Part shown: one piece after another, positions 1 through 10,425 of the stretch | Layout of the letters: each line of letters opens with the position of its first letter | Numbering within the stretch: position 1 is the stretch's first letter | NCBI GenBank assembly: GCA_002269645.1 | Contig: NIVC01003632.1 | Span: forward strand, 22,726 to 86,725 | Length of the DNA: 64,000 nucleotides | Direction of reading: 5' to 3' | DNA from: Macrostomum lignano | Taxonomy: Eukaryota | Translations under genes and position numbers: made by a program | The notes under the pieces: generated by a model | Database searches by the model: none | Seen by the model: only the letters and a program-made list of their open reading frames with translations | What the model was told of the DNA's origin: nothing

Positions 1-75
1 CTGGCTTTTCAAGCCCTTTGAACCATAAGCGTCTGATTTGGTAGTCAAGAGAGCTGACTGAACCAGCAGACAGCC

Positions 76-91
76 ATGCCGCCACCGCCTC

Positions 92-131
<40 letters not shown>

Positions 132-2408
132 TCCGCCGCCATCGGGTGCTCCGCCTCCATCGTCAACAGCGGGTCGAGGAGGTCGAGGAGCCCTCCTAGG
201 CGACATCAGGAAAGGTGCCCGGCTGCGCAAAGTGCCGGAAAGCGAGAGAAACGACCGGAGCGACGCCCTGCCTGGAGGCGCTGGCAATGGCAAGGGCACA
301 GGAAGGCCTGTCGCTGCTGGTAAGCCAACTCGCGATGCTTTCGTAGCATGGACTGAAGAATGATCAGAGTAGACGAAGGGTTGGTCAGGTAACCAAGGGT
401 TGGTCAGGTAACCAAGGGTTGGTCAGGTAACCAAGGGTTGGTCAGGTAACCAAGGGTTGGTCAGGTAACCAAGGGTTGGTCAGGTAACCAAGGGTTGGTC
501 AGGTAACCAAGGGTTGGTCAGGTAACCAAGGGTTGGTCAGGTAACCAAGGGTTGGTCAGGTAACAAGGGTTGGTCAGGTAACCAAGGGTTGGTCAGGTAA
601 CCAAGGGTTGGTCAGGTAACCAAGGGTTGGTCAGGTAACCAAGGGTTGGTCAGGTAACCAAGGGTTGGTCAGGTAACCAAGGGTTGGTCAGGTAACCAAG
701 GGTTGGTCAGGTAACCAAGGGTTGGTCAGGTAACCAAGGGTTGGTCAGGTAACCAAGGGTTGGTCAGGTAACCAAGGGTTGGTCAGGTAACCAAGGGTTG
801 GTCAGGTAACCAAGGGTTGGTTGGTCAAATAACGACTGTACTGAAGGGCCCAAAGCGATTGTCAAGGTACATGTGTAAAACTAAATTAAATCTTCAGCAA
901 ACAACCGAAGATCGACGCACGTCACTGACGACGGAAGCAGCGGGGGCGGCGGATCAGGAGGCGGCGGGTTTCAGGCGGAGCTGATGGCGCAGATCAAGCG
1001 GGCCAGATCTCCCACAGCCTCCAGCGCTGCAGCCAGAGCCCCCGAGCAGGGGGCGCAGCGCTCTGCTGCTGCTTCGTCGTCGCTGGCGCCGCCGTCCTCA
1101 GGATCGAATCTGCGGCACAGCCGCTCCAACGAGGGCTTCCGAGCTTCGCCCAGCCACTTGAGCCCGGAGCCGCCGCCTGCAGAAGGCCGCATCAGAGCTA
1201 CAAACTATTTGCAGAGTCCGACACCTCCGGTACCCACGGGTCGAAGGTTTGCGCAAAACCCGCCACCTCCAATACCCTCAGTGGGTCGCAAGCCTTCTCG
1301 GGCGGGTCCGGCGACACAGCCGCCACCAGTGCCATCGGCTGGGCTGAAGCCTCAGTTAGGAGGTCAGGCGACACAGCCGCCGCCAGTGCCATCGGCTGGG
1401 CTGAAGCCTCAGTTAGGAGGTCAGGCGACACAGCCGCCGCCAGTGCCATCGGCTGGGCTGAAGCCTCAGTTAGGAGGTCAGGCGACACAGCCGCCGCCAG
1501 TGCCATCGGCTGGGCTGAAGCCTCAGTTAGGAGGTCAGGCGACACAGCCGCCACCAGTGCCATCGGCTGGGCTGAAGCCTCAGTTAGGAGGTCAAGCGAC
1601 AGAGCCGCCGCCAGTGCCATCGGCTGGGCTTCAGCCTCAGTTAGGAGGTCAGGCGACACAGCCGGCACCAGTGCCATCGGCTGGGCTGAAGCCTCAGTTA
1701 GGAGGTCAGGCGACACAGCCGCCACCAGTGCCATCGGCTGGGCTGAAGCCTCAGTTAGGAGGTCAAGCGACAGAGCCGCCGCCAGTGCCATCGGCTGGGC
1801 TGAAGCCTCAGTTAGGAGGTCAGGCGACACAGCCGGCACCAGTGCCATCGGCTGGGCTTAAGCCTCAGTTAGGAGGTCAGGCGACACAGCCGCCACCAGT
1901 GCCATCGGCTGGGCTTAAGCCTCAGTTAGGAGGTCAGGCGACACAGCCGCCACCAGTGCCATCGGCTGGGCTTAAGCCTCAGTTAGGAGGTCAGGCGACA
2001 CAGCCGGCACCAGTGCCATCGGCTGGGCTTAAGCCTCAGTTAGGAGGTCAGGCGACACAGCCGCCACCAGTGCCTTCGCCGAGTCTTAAGCCGCGCCCCA
2101 AGTTCCAGTCCGGTCAACCGACAGTTGATCGGTCGGAAGCGCCGATCCGCGGTTGCCAGCAGCTGCAGTCGCCACCGAAATTGCCGCCGAAGTCGCCCAC
2201 GGCTGAGCCGCTGCAGACAGACGGTGCTTCAAGAGGCCGACCACCGCCGCCGCCACTACCGTCGAAGTCGCCGCAGGGCGATGTTCAGCTGCCGCAGGGG
2301 CGGGACGGCAGCGCCAGAAGCTGGGGGGAGAATTACCAGTTCAAGCCAGCGGTCATGTTCCCTCGGGTGCAGACTTTCACGGACTGCCCGAAGGTCAAGC
2401 GGCTGTGA
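76..2408 (+). CDS. WIPF: WIP/verprolin-like actin regulator (polyproline, WH2, Pro-rich repeats, WASP-binding-like C-terminus); 2 exons
   Basis: Exon 1 76-319: MPPPP...GRGALLGDIRKGARLRKV (WH2 helix + LRKV), donor CTG|GTAAGC. Exon 2 898-2408: acceptor TTCAG, phase 1 matches and is in frame with ORF 984-2408. The C-terminal WGENYQFKPAVMFPRVQTF resembles the WIP WASP-binding segment. A further 3' exon is possible. Confidence 0.8.
376..820. repeat. 19-bp minisatellite (AAGGGTTGGTCAGGTAACC) x~23 in intron 1 of the WIP-like gene
   Basis: Near-perfect tandem array read directly. Confidence 0.95.
1311..2075 (+). repeat. Coding 57-bp tandem repeat (19 aa, ATQPPPVPSAGLKPQLGGQ) x13 plus a partial copy
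   Basis: Units start at 1311, 1368, 1425 ... 2052 and are in frame within exon 2. Confidence 0.95.
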
Positions 2409-4034
2409 ATTGACCACGGCGAGCGGCAGTCTGCCCTGATACGAGTTCTACCAGCCCGGAACAGCGGGTGCGAACTTCATGTATTTGCCGAAGAGACTTG
2501 AATGATGCTCTCCGTAGGCTCCATAAGATTGACGTTGAACTTGAATTGACCTTGATATTGACCTTTCTAAACTCAATGAAGCAAAAGAAACGTTCTTAAA
2601 GCTTCCAAGCACTTTTTATTGGTGCCTTGATACACGGGCTCGTGTGTGTTACGTCGTTACTCATTTGATTTGATATTTTGGCAACTTTTCAGCTCGGCAT
2701 GCAGTCTGATTGTCCATCAATATTAACCGATTATTGTCTTTTGCGTTATAATTTAACTTCAGAAAAATAATTTTTTTTCTTGTGAAATTGCGAAATGCCC
2801 AATATTGCTGTTTCCCCCTAATGCTAATATTTTTTGCTGCTGGCAACTTGACAAGCAAAAATATAATCATACCAATTAACCGTTTCTCATCGTTTTGCTG
2901 CAAAGGCTCATGAGGCGGACTTTTTCATCAAGCGGTCAGTTGTCTAAGACCTGAGGGTTTCAAGATCCCGGTAGCTCATCCCTTGGATCCCCACACGTCC
3001 CGACATCCATGTAAGGGTGATTCTGTTGAGCGACCCCAAGTTGTTAATGAGCAGCAGAGATGGCCAATGACATTTCTTATTCAACGGGACCAGAAGATCT
3101 CTGAGATCTCTGATAGCTATATGCATATCCTCTTGGAATTTTACTTGAGGCAGTGAGGCAGTAGAATATGCACTCGTTTCTTTCTCTCTTTCTTTTGAGC
3201 CCTTCGTTGCACACGAGCGTCGCCCTGTTGTACTGAGTCTCGCGGTGTAAGTAAACAACCTTATTTTAGAGATCTTTTGCCTGACCCTCGCACCTCTAAA
3301 CGCTTATTGCAAAAAATGCAGATGTGCAAAGATGAGTCACTAAAATGCATGACATTTACCATTTAGCTTCGTCTGTCTCACGGAACACTGAAAAAATTCT
3401 TCGCTGGGCGGTCGCAACAATGCCAACCCACCATCACAGGCTGTTTTTGCGCCAATAAAACTATAATTTAACTATCAGTCACTTTGTGTCTACTGGCTTA
3501 TAATGTCCTGAGAAACCATGACAAGAACATGGCATTCTCTTCTAGCTTTACTTAAGTGACAAGTCACGTTAAAAGATAAAAAATTGTGTAGCAAAGGCAA
3601 CAACCTAACCGTTGAAGACTTGACAAATTAGCCATGGACAGAATCCTACGCCTATTCTGATCACCTGCCGTTTGTTTGTTGTGGTGAGTTGAGGCGCTGT
3701 GTTGTCGCGCTGGGAGATCCGGTGGCGCCGGTGTCCGCAGCGCCACCCCAATCCGGAGAGTACATGAAGTGGATGGTCGCTCCCCACCGGTAGCCCTCAG
3801 GTGGCAGAAATTTTCGGACCTGAAAACCCAAAAGGTTTGGGTTTGGGCCGAGGTAGGTGAGCCTGTCTTGAGTAAAGGCGGGAATTTACAGATAAAGTTG
3901 CTACGCATTCTCAACAAAGGGCCATGGCTACCGCCTTGATGTCTCTGCGGTGAAGACCAGGGCCCTGGGGAGGGCGGAAGAGAGACAGGGGACGACATTG
4001 CAGTCGGGGGCGTTAGCTCACCTCTCCCTGCCAA

Positions 4035-4917
4035 GCCGTCGTCGTTGGAAGGCAGAGCAGTCCTGCTGCGGCGACGCGTGGGTCGACGCCAACCGGAGAG
4101 ACGGCTCAGCGTGCTTGGCTACGCCGATGACCTCGCCCTGCTGTCCTCGACCGTCGAGGGCGCCCAACGACAGCTGGATAGGCTGGTTGCCGTTGCGGCG
4201 AGCGTCGGCCTGGTGGTCAACACGCAGAAGACCGTCGTGCTATGCGTGCCGGACGACACCGAGGCTGCAATCTTCTGCCGAGGCGCTGACGGACAGGCGA
4301 GTGAGCTTCCAAGATGTCAGCAGTTCGTCTACCTCGGCGGTCTGGTTCCCGACGTCCGCGAGGATCTGCGGCGTCGCCGAGGACTTGCCTGGGCTGCCTT
4401 TCGTTCTATAAGGTCAGTCCTGCAGTCCGAGGCCCTACCGGACCGCCAGAGGGCGGCGCTGTTCCAGGCGGTGATCGAGACCGTCCTGTTATACAACGCC
4501 GAGACCTGGACGCTGATAGACTCGCTCGAGGCTCAAGTCGACGCGGCGCACGCTGGCCTGCTGCGCGCCGCCTTCAAGATCGGCAACGAGCGAGTCACCA
4601 ACACGGCGCTCTATCATCGCGCCGGCCTGGCCCGTCCTAGCGATCTGCTGCGCCGTCGGCGACTCCAGCTGGCAGGCCACGTCATCCGCGCCGAGGCCTA
4701 CTGTCCAGAGCCGGTGCAGGAGGTGCTGCTACTTACGTTGCAGGCACCCTACCGGCGGGGACAGGCGAGGACACGGCGCTACGTCGACTGTCTGCTGGCT
4801 GACGCCGGCGCCCCGGACCCTGCCGGCGGTGCGGCCTTTGTTCGCGCCCAAGCCTTGAAGCGTGCCATCTGACGCTGCTTTTGCGATCCGGCAGCGTACT
4901 CTGTTGCTGTTGTTGCC
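4035..4917 (+). mobile_element. 5'-truncated non-LTR retrotransposon (RTE-like): RT C-terminal half plus short 3' tail
   Basis: ORF 4045-4872 has YADDLALL, GLVVNTQKT, FVYLG, LLYNAETWTL and RRRRLQLAGHVIR, all typical of RTE-clade ORFs. The upstream QGD motif is missing. The 3' end is CTGTTGCTGTTGTTGC. Confidence 0.85.
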
Positions 4918-5574
4918 TGCCAAAATGTCACCCACATCTAAACATGCTGTCACCTGACATTTCCGAACTACTGGCAGGTCCCAAGCGGATTACGCGGATG
5001 TGGCGATGGGCTCACCAATCAGGTTTACAACAGCGACAACGAATGCTGCGGCTCGGTTGTTGCTGCCAGCCACGACCCGTAGGTTGAGACCAGTGGGAAA
5101 CTTCCATATACTAAACTCGCATAACAAGTCCTGCACCTTTTCTAACAAATTTCAAACTGAACTTTTAAAACTGTTCATGTCGAGGAAGAAGCTGGATTCT
5201 ATAGATACTCTGCAGCGCAGCTCTGTCCCCATGTAAGTGCCGCTACAGATACTGAAATAACTGGATGGGCCACGCAGGCGTGTAAAACAGCTTTCTACTT
5301 CCAGTTCAGTAATAAGTAAAAATACATAAGCTATTTTATAAAAAAAACAAGCTACTGAAACCCGTGGATTTTGAACCTGCTGAATTCCAATCCCCGCAAC
5401 TATTTTTGCTTGCATTCTTAAATCTGAAGTCATGCTGAAACTAAATCTTGTTAATACGAGTAGATAAGATTGGGGTAGACAAAAATTGGAGTAGATGCGT
5501 GTTAAATTAAGATTTGAGGGCCTTTGAAACTTCTCTCCTCCAAGGACAACTGAAGTTGTCCTTGCTCTCCTCTC

Positions 5575-5782
5575 TTCACTCTTCTCATCCGTCTCCTCTT
5601 TTCTCACATCTCTCTTCTCTCTTCTCTCTTCTCTCCTCTCTTCTCTCTCCTCTCTTCTCTTTCCTCTCTTCTCTCTCTCATCTACTCTCTCTCCTATCTA
5701 TAGTCTCTCACCTCTCCTCTCTTTTCTTCTCTCTGCTCTCTCATGTCTCCTCTCTTCTCTTTCCTCTCTCCTCTCTTTTCTG
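5575..5782. repeat. CT-rich low-complexity tract
   Basis: Almost pure C/T short motifs. Confidence 0.85.
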
Positions 5783-6553
5783 ATCTCATATACCATTTTA
5801 TCTAATAACAATTGGGGCAGGGGTAAGAGGTTTTGTGTGGAAAGACGCAAGTTAGAGGGTTAGAGGCTATGGGGAGGAGCTAATAAATGAGCCCGTGTCT
5901 TTAAAATACATCAAAATGCTTCAGTTTAACTTACTACTCAACTGACAGTAGCTTACACGCAAATTTGCTGAGTGGCCCATCTGGTTATTCTACGAGTAGG
6001 TATCTGTGGTCTACCGCGATCCAGTCGCTGTTGCGTTGGCTGCAGAATTTTTTAACTGTTATGAATAAAAACGCTGCATCTACTACAAGTAGCTCTAATC
6101 GTAACTTATAAATTTTTCCCAGTTGCTTTTATTCGCCTATCACAGCGTTTATCCAACCACTAGACACTAGGGGGAGACTTTCCAATCCCAGCTTCCCCGA
6201 TGAAGCAATGTTATTCAATAATTCAGTAGCTATGGCCTCCAAGGGGCCCAGCCTGAGTGGATAAAACAGTCGTAAAATTCTACCAACAGCGCTGAGAACC
6301 GTCCCAATGTCCGTCCTCCTGGCAGCTTTCAAGTCTCTCCGCGCTGTGCTGACCCGGCGCCGGGTGTGCCGGAAGACCCCGGATTCAGCAGCTGCTTCTG
6401 AGCTGCCACCACAGCTGATGCGGCCGCTGTCACCGTCTGTGCGGCAGCAAATCACCGGTGACTTCAGCCCCAGCCAGGAGCTGCTGAAACTCAGACAGAA
6501 ACTCGTGAGACAATTGTTAATTTCCAAAGTATTCGCATTTAACTGGAATGCTA

Positions 6554-6766
<213 letters not shown>

Positions 6767-7482
6767 TAGAACAGAGACCAAAACCAGGCAGGCATCAAGA
6801 GACAGACACTAGCACGGACACTTGAGGCAACAGTATTGTAGCAAAGTGCTTTCGGCAGCCAGCCCTCACCAGCCCGGGATCTGCACGCGCGGTGCTTTTC
6901 TCCCCTGCGGGATCGCAACCAATTTACAGCAAGTCCCAGACAAAACCCCCAGCTCTTGGCCAATTTTCGCCTTTAATCCTCACGGCTTAAGCTGGCCGGG
7001 AATTGACTCCGCGTAATAAACTCTGTGGCCCGTAAGTTCGAGCATCCGCTTCATCATGCGGCTGGCCCAGAATCCCTGGCTAAATTGCTGATCTTTTGTT
7101 GATGAGCAGCTGTGCTTGGGAAAACGCAAAATGGGCTCGGAGCACCACAGACAACACACAGAGTCAGGCAGGATAAGTCCCGAGTTGCTAAGGTCATTTG
7201 ACACAGAAGTTAGGCAGAAGCAGTGGGCGAAATCACGCCGCAAATGAAATGTGGGAGATGACCATTGAGCAATTCCAGAGCCAAGCAAATTTTTTAATTC
7301 GTTTTGGTCTCGCACTCTTCACGCACCCGCTCCGATCGTGGATGGATAACAATTGTTGGGCCGTTTTTTATCTCAGGACCGACTTTTGGAGGATTTGGCC
7401 GAACAGGAGGCTTCAGAGGCGGAATCGGATATTAATGGGAATGATGAGGTGAGTCAGTTGCTGGATCTCTTTCATACCCTAA

Positions 7483-8406
7483 TCTCTGAGATAGCAGGGT
7501 CTCTGAGATAGCAGGGTCTCTGAGATAGCAGGGTCTCTGAGATAGCAGGGTCTCTGAGATAGCAGGGTCTCTGAGATAGCAGGGTCTCTGAGATAGCAGG
7601 GTCTCTGAGATAGCAGGGTCTCTGAGATAGCAGGGTCTCTGAGATAGCAGGGTCTCTGAGATAGCAGGGTCTCTGAGATAGCAGGGTCTCTGAGATAGCA
7701 GGGTCTCTGAGATAGCAGGGTCTCTGAGATAGCAGGGTCTCTGAGATAGCAGGGTCTCTGAGATAGCAGGGTCTCTGAGATAGCAGGGTCTCTGAGAAAG
7801 CAGGGTCTCTGAGATAGCAGGGTCTCTGAGATAGCAGGGTCTCTGAGATAGCAGGGTCTCTGAGATAGCAGGGTCTCTGAGATAGCAGGGTCTCTGAGAT
7901 AGCAGGGTCTCTGAGATAGCAGGGTCTCTGAGATAGCAGGGTCTCTGAGATAGCAGGGTCTCTGAGATAGCAGGGTCTCTGAGATAGCAGGGTCTCTGAG
8001 ATAGCAGGGTCTCTGAGATAGCAGGGTCTCTGAGATAGCAGGGTCTCTGAGATAGCAGGGTCTCTGAGATAGCAGGGTCTCTGAGATAGCAGGGTCTCTG
8101 AGATAGCAGGGTCTCTGAGATAGCAGGGTCTCTGAGATAGCAGGGTCTCTGAGATAGCAGGGTCTCTGAGATAGCAGGGTCTCTGAGATAGCAGGGTCTC
8201 TGAGATAGCAGGGTCTCTGAGATAGCAGGGTCTCTGAGATAGCAGGGTCTCTGAGATAGCAGGGTCTCTGAGATAGCAGGGTCTCTGAGATAGCAGGGTC
8301 TCTGAGATAGCAGGGTCTCTGAGATAGCAGGGTCTCTGAGATAGCAGGGTCTCTGAGATAGCAGGGTCTCTGAGATAGCAGGGTCTCTGAGATAGCAGGG
8401 TCTCTG
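7483..8406. repeat. 17-bp minisatellite (TCTCTGAGATAGCAGGG) x~54
   Basis: Near-perfect array with one T>A variant at ~7798. It follows the donor-like GAG|GTGAGT at 7449, so it is probably intronic. Confidence 0.97.
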
Positions 8407-8440
8407 ATGGTCAGCTGTTGCCGAAGGGGCATCCTCGAAG

Positions 8441-8782
8441 GTGCAAAATGCAGCCACGCCCCTCTCCAACGCTTCTCAGTGCGCCGTCTGCCTGTCCCGG
8501 CCAGCTGCTGTCCGAGCTCAGCCGTGCGGTCACTCGGCCACCTGCCGGCCCTGCTTCCTGCGCACCGTCCGGCTGGCCATCCAGCAGCGCCGCCTCCCCG
8601 TCCGCTGCGTCCTCTGCCGCTCCGCCGTCCTGCGACTCAGCGACGTCCAGCAAAGCGTCAAGCAGGAGGCGAACCGCGTCGATGCTGACGAAACGCGGGA
8701 TCTGAGTAGCTGCCGCACTGTTCAACGCTGCCGCCGTCACCATCGACAGCGAGCCAGCTGGAGATACAAACTGGTGGCTTGA
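8441..8782 (+). CDS. Exon encoding a RING-HC (C3HC4) zinc finger; 5' part of the gene unresolved
   Basis: C-x2-C-x11-C-x-H-x3-C-x2-C-x17-C-x2-C (CAVC...PCGHSATCRPC...CVLC) with GC-rich codons. A candidate upstream exon is 7376-7448 (DRLLEDLAEQEASEAESDINGNDE). Confidence 0.7.
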   Translation: MQNAATPLSNASQCAVCLSRPAAVRAQPCGHSATCRPCFLRTVRLAIQQRRLPVRCVLCRSAVLRLSDVQQSVKQEANRVDADETRDLSSCRTVQRCRRHHRQRASWRYKLVA

Positions 8783-8867
8783 GTCCTGCACTGCTCACTG
8801 ATAATTCTGCTTGTCTTATTAATAAGATGCTCAGCTTGTAAGCTGCTGGCGTGGGAGAGTGACACAA

Positions 8868-9439
8868 TCAGAGTGCCAGTGAGAGTGACGCGGTCGGAGT
8901 CTCAGTGCGAGAGTGACACGGTCAGAGTGCCAGTGAGAGTGACACGGTCAGAGTGCCAGTGAGAGTGACGCGGTCAGAGTGTCAGTGAGAGTGACGCGGT
9001 CAGAGTGCCAGTGAGAGTGACACGGTCAGAGTGCCAGTGAGAGTGACACGGTCAGAGTGCCAGTGAGAGTGACACGGTCAGAGTGCCAGTGAGAGTGACA
9101 CGGTCAGAGTGACAGTGAGAGTGACACGGTCAGAGTGACAGTGCGAGAGTGACATGGTCAGAGTGCCAGTGAGAGTGACACCACGGTCAGAGTGCCAGTG
9201 AGAGTGACACGGTCAGAGTGCCAGTGAGAGTGACGCGGTCAGAGTGACAGTGCGAGAGTGACATGGTCAGAGTGCCAGTGAGAGTGACACCACGGTCAGA
9301 GTGCCAGTGAGAGTGACACGGTCAGAGTGCCAGTGAGAGTGACACGGTCAGAGTGCCAGTGAGAGTGACACGGTCAGAGTGCCAGTGAGAGTGACACGGT
9401 CAGAGTGACAGTGCGAGAGTGACATGGTCAGAGTGCCAG
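8868..9439. repeat. ~26-bp minisatellite (CAGAGTGCCAGTGAGAGTGACACGGT) x~21
   Basis: Tandem array with variants. Confidence 0.93.
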
Positions 9440-10425
9440 TTTTGATTTCAGCAACAGGTGCCTGAGGAATGTCTGCTAAAATGTTCCACAATACCGGATT
9501 TTTCTAACGAGATTTCCAGTGAGATTTTTCATTAAACTTCCGGTGAGACTTTCCGTAGTGCAATAGTAAGAATAGCCACCGGAAGTAAGGCGAATGTATT
9601 TTAGTTAAGCAGCATAAAATGCTCAATTCAATCTAGTTGTCATTCAGCGAAGCCAAGTTGTTTACCAACTGCTTTTATAGTCTTAATTGATTGTTTTTGC
9701 CGGACAATTTTCGTGTACGCTCGTAGCTGTATATACCTCAGCATATGCTACGTGCCCTGAATATGCTGCTACGTACGACAGTAAACTTTTGCCAGAAATT
9801 CAGTTCTAAATTTAGACCGGAAAAGGGGTCGACCTTGGCCCAGCTTTGGTCAAAAATATTTACATCGCAAGTCATGCTACCGTTCTTAGGACAGTCTCAG
9901 AATTTTAATGCTTAAAACCTCTCGCCAGTGTACATCTTCATCTACAGAACAAAGTTCAGTCCACTGCTCTTCATCACTGACGCTCTTCAAAGCACATCGG
10001 CTGCAGAGTACAATGAGCTGCAAGCAGCCATGATGCAAATATTCCTTATAGCTCTATATAATTTTGTCTGGTGCACAGGAAAGACAAAGACTTGCAGGCA
10101 TTAAGATATTCAGATACACAATTAGCATATTAACAAGCTCTGTTTACTCGAGCTTTATGGGGCAGCTCCAAATGTGGCGTGATCTTAGAGAAAGCCTCAC
10201 CCCCCCCCCCTACTGTGAGACAATTCGCAAACTCGTGAGAAAGAGCTGAGCAGACAATTCACTCAAGCCCATATTACAGAAACTCTTCAGCATCGCTGTT
10301 CCAAATTGCCTCTCTTCCAGCTCTGCATTAAAATAAAAGAAGTTTGAGCGAAAGAAATTTGCAAAGAGAAAACAACACAACGCAGCCAAGACAACAACCC
10401 ACAGCGACTCACGAAGGACACAGCG

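Noticed and set aside
3690-4030. GC-rich hairpins upstream of the RTE fragment as its 5' UTR or ribozyme
   Set aside because: No hammerhead or HDV core found, and its link to the truncated LINE cannot be shown from this window.
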